From: Mobula hypostoma
Taxonomy: Eukaryota
Assembly: GCF_963921235.1 (NCBI RefSeq)
Contig: NC_086108.1
Span: 20,770,001-20,834,000 of the forward strand
DNA: 64,000 nt
Direction of reading: 5' to 3'
The notes beneath the pieces are model-generated. The model searched no databases. It was not told where the DNA came from and saw only the letters and a list, made by a program, of their open reading frames with translations. Numbering within the stretch: position 1 is the stretch's first letter; each line of letters opens with the position of its first letter. This document shows, one piece after another, positions 14,102 through 26,684 of the stretch. The position numbers and the translations under genes are program-made.

Positions 14102-15224
14102 CACTTTCAGTACGCTGGATGAACTCAGCAGGTCGGGCAGCATCAGTTAGAAACGATGAGTCGACGTTTCGGGCCGGAACCCTTCGTCAGGACTGAAGAA
14201 TGAAAGATGGGGAAGGATTTGAAGTATGCTTGTAGCTTCAGTTGAAAGACAAAGGGGTGGGGGAGGGGAAGTATTGACATCATAGCCCTTGAAAACAATG
14301 GGTGGTAGAAGAAGGAGGCGGAACCATGAGGGAGCTGGGGGAGGGGGTAGAGTGAAATAGGGATAGAGGAAGGGAGGGGGAGGGAATTACCGGAAGTTGG
14401 AGAATTCTATGTTCATACCAAGGGGCTGGAGACTACCTAGACGGTATATGAGGTGTTGCTCCTCCAACCTGAGTTTAGCCTCATCATGGCAGTAGAGGAG
14501 GCCATGTATGGACATATCTGAATGAGAATGGGAAGCAGAGTTGAAGTGGGTGGCTACCGGGAGATCCTGTCTGTTGTGGCGGACGGAGTGGAGGTGCTCG
14601 ACGAAGCGGTCCCGCAATCTGCGTCGGGTTTCACCGATGTAGAGGAGGCCGCACCAGGAGCACCGGATGCAATAGATGACCCCAACAGACTCACAAGTGA
14701 AGTGTTGTCTCACCTGGAAAGACTGTTTGGGGCCCTGAATGGTTGCAAGAGATGAGGTGTAGGGACAGGTGTAGCACTTACGCTTACAGGGATAAGTGCT
14801 GGATGGAAGATCAGTGGGGATGGACGTGCGGATAAGGGAGTCGCAGAGGGACCGATCCCTGCGGAAAGCGGAGAGGAGTGGAGAGGGAAAGATGTGCTTA
14901 GTGGTGGGATCCTGTTGAAGGTGGCGGAAGTTGCGGAGGATAATGTGCTGGATCCGGAGGCTGGTGGGGTGGTAGGTAAGGACAAGGGGAACTCTGTCCC
15001 TGTTGTGATTGCAGGAGGATGGGGTGAGGGCCAAAGTGTGGGAAATGGAGGACATGCGGGTGAGGGCAACATTGATGACGGTAGAAGGGAAACCATGATC
15101 CTTAAAGAAAGAGGACATTTGAGGTGTCCTGGAATGGAAAGCCTCATCCTCAGAGCAGATGTGGCGGAGACGGAGGAACTGGGAATAGGGAATGGCATTT
15201 TTGCATGTGGCAAGGTGGGAAGAG
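14102..15224 (-). mobile_element. 5'-truncated Penelope-like retroelement (Neptune-like) with open thumb-linker-GIY-YIG frame
   Basis: ORF open 15224 to 14387 with IPYSQFLRLRHICS, Cys-rich linker PCKRKCYTCPY, VIYCIRCSWCGLLYIGETRRRL...GMNIEF; 12-bp TSD AGATAGAAGGAA (14090-14101, 15225-15236). Confidence 0.92.
14159..14194 (-). ncRNA. Minimal hammerhead ribozyme motif in the Penelope 3' repeat, intact core
   Basis: AGTC-CTGACGA-A-GGG-TTCCGG-CCC-GAAAC-GTC-GACT on the same strand as, and about 190 nt downstream of, the GIY-YIG ORF. Confidence 0.75.
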
Positions 15225-16321
15225 AGATAGAAGGAAAAATGAATGCAAAAAAATACAGGGAAGTCCTGGGGGAAAACCTGATGCAGTCTGCAAGAGAACT
15301 GTGACTTGGGAGAGTATTTGTTTTCCAGCAAGACAATGACCCCAAGCATAAAGCCAAAACTACAAAGGAATGGCTTAAAACAACAAAGTTACTGTCCTGG
15401 AGCGGCCAAGTCAGAGTCCAGACCCCAATCCAATTGAGAATTTGTGGCTGGACTTGAAAAGGGCTGTTCACTCATGATCCCCATGCAATCTGACAGAGCT
15501 TGCGCTTTTGTAAAGAAAAATGGGAAAAAATTGCAGTGCAAAACTGATAGAAACCCATCCACACAGACCCAAAGCTCTATTTGCTGCCAAAGGTACATCT
15601 ATTAAATACTGATGAAGGGGGTGAATACTTATGCGATCAATTATTTTGTCTTTTAATAATTGTAATTATATTAGATCACTTTGTAGAGATATATTTTCAC
15701 TTTGACACAAAGAGTCTTTTTCTATTGATCAGAGTTTTTAAAAAAGCCAAATTAAATCCACTCTGATTCAATGTTGTAAAACAATAAAACATGAAAACTT
15801 CTGGGGGTGGGGTGGTAAGGAATACTTTTTACAGACACTGTATATGGACTTCAGCAAGGCAATTGACAAAGTTCCGAATGGGAGGCTGGTCAAAAAGGTT
15901 CAATTGCTTGCCATTCAGGATGAAGAAGTAAATTGGACTCAACATTGGCTTAGCGGGAGCAACCAGAGAGATGTAATAGATAGTTGCCACTGGCTGGAGA
16001 GCTGTGCCTAGTGGTGTACCACAACCATTCTTGTTTGTCATCTATATTAATGTATTGGATGATAATATAGCAAACAGGATCAGCAAATTTGCAGATGACA
16101 CCAAGATTGGGGGCATAGTGAACAGCGAGAAAGGCTATCAAAGCTTGTAGAAGGATTGGGCAGCTGGAAAATTGTGCTGATAAATGAAAGAGGGATTTTA
16201 ATGAAGACAACTATAAGGTGTGGCACTTTGGGAGGACAAACCAGCGTAGGACTTGCACAGTGAATTGTAGGGCACTGTGGACTGTGGCAGAACAGAGGGA
16301 TCTGGGAATACAGACCAGTAA

Positions 16322-16970
16322 ACACAAAATCTATTGCATCTGGTGCTCCCGGTGCGGCCTCCTCTACATTGGTGAAACCCGACGCAGATTGGGGGACCGC
16401 TTCATCGAGCACCTCCACTCCGTCTGCCAAAACAGACAGGATCTCCCAGTAGCCACCCACTTCAACTCTGCTCCTACTCCCATTCAGATATGTCCATACA
16501 TGGCCTCCTCTACTGCCATGATGAGGCTAAACTCAGGTTGGAGAAGCAACTCCTCATATACCGTCTAGGTAGTCTCCAGCCCCTTGGTATGAACATAGAA
16601 TTCTCCAACTTCCGGTAATTCCCTCCCCCTCCCATCCCCTATCCCTATGCCACTCTGCCCCCTCCCCCAGCTGCCTATCACCTCCCTCATGGTTCTGCCT
16701 CCCTCTACTACCCATTGTGTTTTCCCCTATTCTTTCTTCACCTTTCCTGCCCACCACCTCCCTGCTTCCACTCCCCCACCCCTTTATCTTTCCCCTTTCT
16801 GGTTTTTCACTTGAAACCTACCAGCCTTCTCCTTCCCACCCTCCCCCCACCTTCTTTATAGGGCCTCTGCCCCTTCCCTCTTCAGTCCTGATGAAGGGTT
16901 CCGGCCTGAAACATCGACCAATCTTTTCCACGGATGCTGCCCGACCTGCTGAGTTCCTCCAGCGTGTTGT
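16322..16970 (+). mobile_element. 5'-truncated Penelope-like element (GIY-YIG part and 3' repeat) inserted in CR1
   Basis: IYCIWCSRCGLLYIGETRRRLGDRFIEH; 16-bp TSD GAATA(C/T)AGACCAGTAA at 16306-16321 and 16971-16986. Confidence 0.9.
16884..16918 (+). ncRNA. Minimal hammerhead motif with one stem III substitution
   Basis: AGTC-CTGATGA-AGGGTTCCGGCCT-GAAAC-ATC-GAC; ACGT changed to ACAT, consistent with CpG decay. Confidence 0.6.
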
Positions 16971-19366
16971 GAATATAGACCAGTAATTCCTTGGAAGTAG
17001 CATCACAGGAAGATTAAGTCATATCAGAGTACTGAGTACAGGAGCTAGTTGTTACAGTATGTTTAAGTTATATAAGACATAGAAGCCTAATTTGGAGTAT
17101 TGTGCATGGTTCTGATCACCCACCTACAGGAAAGATATCATTAAGAGTTCAGAGAAATTCTACAACAATGTTGCTGGGAATTGAACACCTGAGTTCTAGA
17201 GAAAGATTGAATAGGTTAGGACTTTATTCCCTAAAGTGTAGGAGAATGAGGGAAGATTTGATAGAGGTATCGAAAATTATGAGGGGTACAGATAGGGTAA
17301 ATACAAGTAGGCACTTGCCATGAGATTGAGTGAGAGAACTAGAGGTTATGGGTTAAGGGTGAAAGGTGAAATATTTCAGGGGATCCTGAGGGGGATTTCT
17401 TCACTCAGAAGGTGTTGCAAGTGTGGAACGAGCTGCTAGTGGAAGTGATGGACATGAGTTGAATTGCAACATTTAAGTGAAGTTTGAATAAATATATGGA
17501 TGGGACGGGTATGGAGGGCTATGGCCCAGGTGTGCATCCATGGGACTGGGCAGAATAACAATTCGGCATTGGCTAGGTGACCAAATTACCTGTACTTCTC
17601 TATGAACTATTTTAAAGTAGTCTATACAATGAGGTCTCCTTCAAAAATTAGTTTAAGAACTTTTGTATCATTTGAGCAATATTTTATTTCCTTTTCAGCT
17701 TCACAGCAGAACAAAATCTTAAGGGGATCAGCAATACCATTTGACTGCTGCAAGTGAAAAGAGCATTTTGTTCTATGCCTATTTACATATTACTTAATAA
17801 TTACTCATTGTATTTTCATATTTTACTGTGAATATTCCTGAATTCTTTATGTTGCTTCCTTCACCTTTCCTCCGACATTCTGAATTTCTAATTTAATTCA
17901 TTGCACACTATTTGGCAATCTACAAGTAAACATACACGTTAGATTTGCAAGTCAACACACTCTGAAATGCGTGTTTCTATGGAGAGTAGGAGGAAAGATA
18001 TAAATTAAATGGCATAATTTCAAAACGGGATACAGGAAAGGCAACACCTGGGATTAATATAAGCAAATATTTTAAGGAAGCAGGTGAAGTTGAAGAAGCT
18101 ATTACATGTTATACCCTGGTTAAGACAGTGGTTTATTTTAATGCCGCTATGCTGTTCGGTATTTTATTTTCTGCACATTTTCTCAAAGTGCAATTAAGTG
18201 TTCCTTTAATTACAATATACAATCAAGTATATAATTTTTGCTGTTTGAAATAAAAATTCAGTTGCTTGATAAGTCTGGCTTGTTGTATTGGCCGATAGGA
18301 TTTGTACTGGTAACATTCTTTCCCCCTGAGAGTACGGGAAAGGAACAGGATAGCCTTTCGAGGGGGAGCATGGGATCGAGAGAGGAGAAAGAAGGAAAAT
18401 GGAAATGGACATAGAACATAGCAGAAGAACATGGTGAAATGTTCACAGAACCCATTTAGGACAGATACTGCTGTCAGGAAATCCTCTGCAGACAATGGTC
18501 TCACAGAGAATGTGCAGATAACTTTTAGTTAGCTAGTTAGCACACGACCTTCGATAAAGTTTGATGCCTTTTCCTTTAACAGGTTCTTCAGCACAAAACC
18601 GCTTCAGTACTGTGAATATAACGAAGTGAAGCAAACTGGATTGATTACGCAACAAATAGTTCCAGCAAATACATGCACGTTATGGACCAATATTTATATA
18701 TATATATATGATGGGCACTTTTCTTTATTTTGTATCATATAGTATTATTGTTTGTCATAGTTTAAAATATTTTGTTTAGACAATTTCAATTTAAGTTTAT
18801 ACTGGTGTGAGTTAAATTATTGCTTCCTGGTGAATAGTAAATATGCATGGGTGTGTCAGTACTCATATTAATTGCAGTCCTACTTTCCCTTCAAAGGAAA
18901 CATAGAAACATAAAAAAACCAACAGCACAATACAGGCCCATCGACTCACGAAGCTGTGCTGAACATGTCCTTGCCTTAGAACTACATAGGTTCACCCATA
19001 GCCCTCTATTTTTCTAAGCTCCATGTATCCATCCAGGAGTCTCTTAAAAGGCCCTTTTGTTTCCACCTCCACCACCACTGCCGGCAGCACATTCCACGCA
19101 CTCACCACTCTCTGCGTAAAAAATTTACCCCGACATCTCCTCTGTACCTACTTACAAGCACTTTAAAACTATGCCCTCTTGTGCTAGCCATTTCAGCCCT
19201 AGGATAAAGCCTCTGACGATCCACATGATCAGTGCCTCTCATTATCTTGTACACCTCTATCAGGTCACCTCTTATCCTCCATTACTCCAAGAAGAAAAGC
19301 CCAAGTTCACTCAACCTATTCCCATAAGGCATGCTCCCCAATCCAGGCAACATTCTTGTACATCTC

Positions 19367-19574
19367 AGACACGAGGAAATCTGCAGATGCTGGAAATTCA
19401 AGGCACACACAAAAAATGCTGCTGAACACAGCAGGCCAGGCAGCATCTATAGGAAGAGGTACAGTCGACGTTTCAGGCCGGTCCTGACGAAGGGCCCCAG
19501 CCTGAAACATCAACTGTACCTCTTCCTATAGATGCTGCCTGGCCTGCTGCGTTCATCAGCATTTTTTGTGTGTG
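19367..19574. mobile_element. Penelope-derived fold-back insert
   Basis: Inverted arms 19404-19478 and 19500-19574; hammerhead motif on + at 19481-19514 with two G-to-A changes; 15-bp TSD with 2 mismatches (19352-19366, 19575-19589). Confidence 0.85.
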
Positions 19575-20331
19575 ATCCTTGTAAATCTCCTCTGCACCCT
19601 TACTATGGTTTCTACGTCCTTCCTGTAGTGAGGCAACCAGAACTGAGCACAGTACTCCAAGTGGGGTCTGACCAGTGTCCTAAAAAGCTGCAACATTACC
19701 TCTCGGCTCTGAAACTCAATCCCATGACTGATGAAGGCCAATGCACCGTATGTCTTCTTAACCACAGAGTCAACCTGCGTAGCAGCTTGGAGTGTCCTAT
19801 GGACTCGGACTCCAAGATCCCTCTGATCCACCACACTGCCAAGAGTCTCGCCATTAATGCTATATTCTGCCATCATATTTGACCTACCAAGATGAACCAC
19901 TTCACACTTATCTGGGTTGAACTCCATCTGCCACTTCTCAGCCCAGTTTTGCATCCTATCAATGTCCCACTGTAACCTCTGACAGCCCTCCACACCTTCC
20001 ACAACACCCCCAACCTTTGCGTCATCAGCAAATTTACTAACCCATCCTTCCACTTCCTCATCCAGGTCATTTATAAAAATCACAAAGAGTAGGGGACCCA
20101 GAACAGATCCCTGAGGTACACCACCAGTCAACGGCCTCCATGCAGCAGAATATGACCCGTCTACAACTGCTTTTTGCCTTCTGTGGGCAAGCCAGTTCTG
20201 GATCCACAAAACAATGTCCCCTTGGATCCCATGCCTCCTTACTTTCTCAATAAGCCTTGCATGGGGTACCTTATCAAATGCCTTGAAAAAATCCATATAC
20301 GCAACATCTACGGCTCTACCTTCATCAACAT

Positions 20332-20848
20332 CATGACATTCTTGCCATAGAGGGAGTACAAAGAAGGTTCACCAGATTGATTCCTGGGATGGCCGGACTT
20401 TCATATGATGAAAGACTGGATCGGCTAGGCTTATACTCTCTGGAATTTAGAAGATTGAGGGGGGATCTTATTGAAACGTATAAAATTCTAAAGGGATTGG
20501 ACAGGCTAGATGTAGGAAGATTGTTCCCAATGTTGGGGAAGTCCAGAACGAGGGGTCACAGTTTGAGGATAAAAGGGAAGCCTTTTAGGACTGAGATGAG
20601 GAAAAACTTCTTCACACTGAGAGTGGTGAATCTGTGGAATTCTCTGCCACAGAAAACAGCTGCAGCCAGTTCATTGGCTATATTTAAGAGGGAGTTAGAG
20701 ATGGCCCTTGTGGCTAAAGGGATCAGGGGGTATGGAGAGAAGGCAGGTACAGGGTTCTGAGTTGGATGATCAGCCATGATCGTACTGAATGGCGGTGCAG
20801 GCTCGAAGGGCCGAGTGGCCTACTCCTGCACCTATTTTCTATGTTTCT
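20332..20848 (+). mobile_element. Young CR1 3' fragment inserted in an opposite-strand CR1
   Basis: ORF 20377-20760 LGLYSLEFRRLRGDLIETYK; TTCTATGTTTCT tail; AACAT on both flanks. Confidence 0.88.
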
Positions 20849-21889
20849 AACATGTTTAGTGACATCCTCAAAAAGGCTCGTAAGGCACAACCTGCCGTTG
20901 ACAAAGCCATGCTAACTATTCCTGATCATATTATGCCTCTCCAAATATTCATAAATCCTGCCTCTCAGGATCTTCTCCATCAACTTACCAACCACTGAAG
21001 TAAGACTCACTGGTCTATAATTTCTTGGGCTATCCCTACTCCCTCTCTTGAATAAGGGAACAACATCCACAACCCTCCAATCCTCATTGATGACGCAAAG
21101 ATCAGAGGCTCAGCACTCTCCTCTTTTGCTTCCCACAGTAGCCTGGGGTACATCCTGTCCAGTCCCAGTGACTTATCCAACTTGATGCTTTCCAAAAGCT
21201 CCGGCACATCCTCTTACTTAATATCTACATGCTCAAGCTTTTCAGTCTGCTGCAAGTTATCCCTACAATCACCAAGATTCTTTTCCATAGTGAATACTGA
21301 AGCAAAGTATTCATTAAGTACCTCTGCCATCTCCTCAGGTTCCATATACACTTTTCCACTGTCACACTTGATTGGTCCTATTCTCTCACATCTTATCCTC
21401 TTGCTCTTCAAAAGGACATTCAAATTTTTATGTGTTGTGTTATCCAAATCATATTTACCCTAGACATGTTTATTTATTGGAAATGGCCCTCTCATCATTA
21501 TTCCCCATGCATTGTAGAGTTAAGTTGCTGTTAGTGAATTCATAGTAATAACTAACTCATTATGAGGCTACGGTGATTGGGTAATGTACAAAAACAGAAT
21601 ATCCTTGGTATTAATTTTTTTTAAATATCCTTAATCGTTGAAACACAGCCTCCTAGGAGGTGCATGGAGTTGAACTTCCCTTTTTTTAAAGTCAAATGAA
21701 ACAGAATGCTCGGTGGAATGCTGAGTCCAATTGTAGGTACTTCACTTTCTCTTCCCTGTACATAAAATCTTCCCCTTCCTAAGTTTGTCCAGTTTTCTTC
21801 CGAACTGATTATAATGAGGCCAAAAAAATTTTCAGTCTCTAGTGACGCAAGACTTCAGATATGTAAAGAAACTAGAGAAGTTTAAGAAT

Positions 21890-23298
21890 AAACACAAGAG
21901 ATTCTGCAAAACTGAAATCCAGAGCAACACACACAAAATGCTGGAGGAACTCAGTATTTCAAACAGCATCTACAGAAATGAAGAAACAGTCGAAATTTTG
22001 GGCGAGACATTGGCAGCATCTCCTACTCTACATTGATGACTGTATTGCCACTGCCTCATGTACCCATGCTGAGCTAGTTAATTTCATCAACTTTGCTTCC
22101 AACTTCTACCCTGCCTTTAAATTCACTTGGTCCATTTCTGACATCTCTCCCCCCATTCTTGATCTTGTTTTCTCCATCTCTGGAGACAAACTGTCTACTG
22201 ACATATTTTATAAACCTAATGATTCCCATGGCTATTTTAACTATACTGTACCTCTTCTCACCTTGTCTCCTGTAAAAGCACTATTCCCTTTCTCAGTTCC
22301 TTCGACTCTGCTATATATATTACAGGGTTTCCCTTCCTCCATCATTGATGCTACCTTCACCCACATCTCCAATTCCCAGACATCCATGCTTCCCGTTGCC
22401 TTCAGAGGGATAGAGTTCCTCTTGGCTTTACCTACCACCCCTGAGCCTCTGCATCCAACACATCATTCTTCACAACTTCTGTCACCATTTTCAATGGGAT
22501 TGTATCACTAAACGCATCTTTATCTCCCCAGGGCTTGCTCCCTCTGTGACTCCCTTGTCCATTCATCCCTTTCCACTAATCACCCTCCTGGCACATATCC
22601 CTGCAAGCAACAGAAATGCTACATTCACCTCCATCCTTTCATTCAGGGTCCCAAACAGTCCTCCAGGTGAGGTAACATTTCACCTGCGAATCCGTTAGGG
22701 TCGTCTATTGTATCTGGTGATCCCAATACAGCCTTCTATACAGTGTTACTGCTTTGAAGAGTATCTCTGCTCCATCTGACAAAAGTGGGATTCCTGATAG
22801 CCAACCTTTTTAATTCCTATCCCCATTCCTGTTCCAACATGTTGGTCCATGGCCATGATGAGACCACTCTCAGGGTGGAGGAGCAACATCTTATATTCTA
22901 TTTAGGTAGCCTCCAACTGATGGCATGAACATCAATTTCTCCTTCCAGTATTTTTTTTTGTTCTTCTCCCTTACCTCTTCTATTCCCACTCTGCCCTCTT
23001 ACATCTTCTGCTCACCTGCCTATCACCTCCCTCTGGTGCCTTCCTTTTTCCCTTTCTTCCATGTCCACTCTCCTCTCCTATCAGATTCCTTCTCTAGCCC
23101 TTCACTCTTCCACCTACCTGGCTTCACCTATCACCTTCTAGCTTGACCTCCTTCACACCCTCCCCCCACCACTTTTCACCCTGGCATCTTCCCCTTCCTT
23201 TCCAGTCCTGAAGAAGGGTCATGGCCCAAACCGTCGACTGTTTATTCATTTCCTTAGATGCTGCCTGACCTGGTGAGTTCCTCCTACATTTTGTGTGG
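21890..23298 (+). mobile_element. Older Penelope-like element with inverted terminal repeat at its 5' end
   Basis: 21890-22008 is an inverted copy of the 3' repeat; then RT motif YIDD (ORF 21978-22511), decayed GIY-YIG region, degenerate hammerhead at 23203-23240; possible TSD GAAGTTTAA (21877-21885, 23300-23308). Confidence 0.85.
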
Positions 23299-24684
23299 TG
23301 AAGTTTAAAAAGTGTCAATGTGAAGCATCCAAAATCATGAAGACACTGGAGTAAATAAGAAAAAAGTTTCCAGCATCAGAATTTGGATTTCTGAACTCAC
23401 AGAGAACAAGTGACAAGGTAAAGAGAATTTCTTACCATGTTTCGATGGGCAATTTGGTCCACTTGGATGAGTTGGGTTGAAGGGCCTTTTTTTCGTGCTG
23501 TATTAGTCCATACTCTATCTCAACATGGCTCTATCTGTGACTCTAGAAAGTTGTAAACCAGACTGTTCAATAGATGATACCATCTTAACTGAGAATTGCA
23601 CTGTAAGAATTTACAGGCATACAGAGAAGGTCTCCTTCTGTGACTGAAACATTCAATGAGTCTATTTATAAGCACGTTTGCTTAAACTGCATTTACTCAT
23701 GGCCTCAGTGAAACAGACTGCTAACTTCTGCCAAACTGGTTTTCCACATAAACAGTTGAATATTAACACCTTTACAAAGAATGCCCAAACAAACTTCATA
23801 CAAGACAGTAAAACTAACTTTTTTGTCTAATTAATCTACCTCAATTATCACTGATGAAAAGCCTGCATCTGATTACGTGTTCACCGTATACATCATTTAC
23901 AGTACTAACATTACCAGTGTGATATATGGAACTGGCAAACTAATTTTTTGCACTATATAGTGTAAAATACAGGGTAAAATATTTTGTAGCTGTAATGGGA
24001 ACCTGCATCCAAAGTAAACAGAGGTGCAAAAATAGCATCTATTTTCATATTCATTTCCTAGACTTACAAAAGAGTAGTCTTGTTAGGCTCCAACATGGTA
24101 ACAAGGCAAGACCAGTATTCAATGTTTTAGTGCCAAATTTTGTTACGAGTTAACAACTCTGAAATTTTAACTTGATAATTCTGTATCAAACCATCAGAAA
24201 GTAACTGCTGCATCTCTTTGAAGATATAAAAAAAAAATCACCTTTGCAACAAAACAACTTCTCATATACCAAACTTGATCTTCAGATTCAGCCAATGGAA
24301 AAAAAATGCAACAATGAGTACTTTCATTTATTACAATGATCCAGTGTTTCCAAGCTTATGACTAAATTATCAATAATACGGTGGCATCTCAACATGTTAG
24401 CATAAACTGTTATACTGTTTCACAACTTCCAAATTGCTAATCATCCTTTTGTTTCTCATAGAATGATGTTGAAAGCAAACTTTGGCAGGATATCCAACCA
24501 AAGAAGCAAAAGTATTGTACCATCCTCACCAGATGTACCACTAAATATATCACACAACAAAACAGTGTGATTTCTTCATTATAGAGTGTACAGATTCTTT
24601 TACATTTTGTAACCTTTTGGTGAAACATGTTTAAGCAATCATCAAGGATCAACCTTATTTGCCATATACATTTACATGTAAAGA

Positions 24685-25240
24685 AGCTCTCCACTTATTT
24701 CTCGACAAGAAGACCCAACCAGTTCTCCTCCACTAGCACCCATCTCCTCTTCGCTGAACTAGTCCTCACACTCAACAATTTCTCTTTAGGCTCCTCCCAC
24801 TTTCTCCAAACACAGGTGCAGCCATAGGTACATGGGCGGAAGTTATGGCTGTCTTTTCGTTACGTGCAACAGTCCATGATCTAAGGGATGGTGGTAGAGG
24901 CAGATTAAGGACATTTAAAGAGATCCTTGGACAGGCATATGAAAGAAATAAAAGTGGAGGGCAACACAGGAGGGAAGTGTTAGATTGAACTTGAAGTAGG
25001 TTAAAAGCTTGGCACTACATTGTGAGCCGAAGACCAGTTTGTGCTGTACTATTCTATGTTCTATGTTTCCTGGCAATGCTTCGCAACTCTTTCTCTGCTA
25101 CATTGATGACTGCGTTAGTGCTGCTTCACGTGCTCATGCTGACCTTGTCAATTTCATCAACTTTGCATCTAACTTCACCCTGCCCTTAAATTCAATTGGT
25201 CCATTTCTGACACCACTCTCCCTTTTCTCGATCTTTCTGA
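24685..25240 (+). mobile_element. Penelope RT fragments split by a CR1 3' tail (about 24880-25065)
   Basis: AELVLTLNNFSLGSSHFLQT and LFLCYIDDC...LVNFINFASNF, the latter matching the 21978 copy. Confidence 0.7.
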
Positions 25241-25924
25241 ATACATACAATTAGAGCCTATAGCACTTTCTAGAAAGGAGCTTTTGGAAAATGCAGTTTG
25301 CTGTGTGAGTAGTATCCGCGATGATTTTTCCTGCCCACTTCTTTGCCCTGGATACATACAAGTCCTGCAATGATGGTAGACCACAGCCAATGACTTTTTC
25401 TGCTGACTTGACAGTTCACTTAGTTTTCATATACTATGAGTAGATGCTGCATCAAACCAAACAGTAATGGCTGATGTGAGGTTGCTCTCTATGATGGCAA
25501 TGGTAGAATTACACTGCCTTCATAGAATGTGGAATGATGTCACTTCCAGTTAATATGTTGACCATGGGTGAAAAATGGAAATTCACAATTCTTCTGATCT
25601 AACTTCTCAAATTATAGTTTAATTAACCTGTAGGCCAAAATAAAATGTTGTTTATCCAAGTTGTAACTAAAGAGAGTTAACTGTACCAATGTTCATAGTA
25701 ACACCTTGAAGTTATTTTATCAAAGATGCAATAAAAGACTTTGACCTGGTAATGGTGAAGTGATGTCTAAAATAATCTTAAGTACACTAATCATATATGC
25801 AATGTGCCACTTATGAAATTGAGAATGTACTGAGCATTTTCATCAGTTAATAGATTAGAAAGTCATTTAAAATACCTGAAAACATTGCAGATATTATATT
25901 CTAATTGAATTTATCTGATTTCAG

Positions 25925-26195
25925 AGAGGATTTGGCAACATCGATGGAGAGCACTGGCTTGGATTAGAGAATATTTACAGGCTGACTGCACAAGGAAACT
26001 ATAAGCTATACATTAAACTGGAAGACTGGAATGATAAGATAGTCTATGCTGAGTACACTGACTTCAAAACAGAGGACGAAGATGATAACTATAGGTTACG
26101 CATTGGCAGCTATCAAGGGAATGCAGGAGACTCTTTAGCATGGCACAATGGCAAACAGTTTACAACACTCGACAGAGACAGAGATTCATACTCAG
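25925..26195 (+). CDS. ANGPTL1: Angiopoietin-like protein 1, penultimate coding exon (absent from the ORF track)
   Basis: tttcag|...|gtacag, 271 bp; RGFGNIDGEHWLGLENIYRLTAQGNYKLYIKLEDWNDKIVYAEYTDFKTEDEDDNYRLRIGSYQGNAGDSLAWHNGKQFTTLDRDRDSYS(G); phases fit both neighbours. Confidence 0.95.
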
Positions 26196-26684
26196 GTACA
26201 GTTAAGTGATTATCAACAATGGTGCTTGAAAAACATGTAAAAATAAAAACACATATCACTGACAGTATTATTTGTTAATCATAATAGCATTGGCTTAATG
26301 ATGAAAATACTTTTGAGTTTATCACTCAAATTCTTCTTCATCTCACATAGATTTACTTGAAGCATTAAGACAGAATACCAAGTACTGAGAAATCTGACCC
26401 TATTTCAGTTCCAATTCCAAATTACTGAGTGCAATTGGAAAACAATCAGTGAGACAATCATACTAGAAAATGCCTGGAGGTGGTTGCTTGCTACTCCAAC
26501 AGCAATCCCAGTGCCTCATCTTATATTCAGGAGTTGCTGAGTTAAGGTTACCTCAGGAAGCTGCTGTGATTGGAAATGAACACAAGATATACCTTTATTA
26601 TAAATGTTCAAATCTATTGCAGCAAAGTTTAATACAATTGAAATTGACCACTAGTACCAGACCAAATTGCATTTCTAGAGCTCA

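Larger units (their letters stand above)
13310..15840 (+). mobile_element. Tc1-family DNA transposon, decayed, left end missing, interrupted by a Penelope element
   Basis: Transposase motifs QQDNDPKH (about 15325) and SPDPNPIENLW (about 15415); right end ...CACTG followed by TA at 15841; inner repeat GGGGGTGAATACTT near 15616 suggests an IR/DR-type terminus. Confidence 0.85.
9150..17605 (+). mobile_element. Old CR1 LINE broken by nested insertions (pieces about 9150-9774, 12668-13310, 15841-16321, 16971-17605)
   Basis: ORF1 remnants (CIQLQLL..., LKDRTSRVMISGLL...FNTWLRRW), ORF2 remnants (VVPLF...GNYRPVSL; YMDFSKA resumes at 15841), CR1 3' end near 17600; pieces are collinear. Confidence 0.75.
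18897..21410 (-). mobile_element. CR1 LINE, 5'-truncated, with two nested inserts
   Basis: RT ORF 19556-20296 ([19 protein letters not shown]); (GAAACATA)-type tail at 18897; similar flanks CTTCAAAGGA / CTTCAAAAGGA. Confidence 0.9.
18107..21590 (+). mobile_element. Solo-LTR-like insert (about 1 kb of own sequence) split by a CR1
   Basis: Begins TGTTATACCCTGGTTAAGA, similar to the minus-strand start of 29344-30091 (TGTAATGCCCTGGTTAGGA); ends near GGGTAATGTACA; an old CR1 remnant appears continuous across it; TSD ambiguous. Confidence 0.45.

Noticed and set aside
14387..15349. 320-aa ORF as a novel fusion protein or domesticated nuclease
   Set aside because: The N-terminal 40 or so residues are antisense Tc1 sequence read across the TSD; the rest is a truncated Penelope ORF
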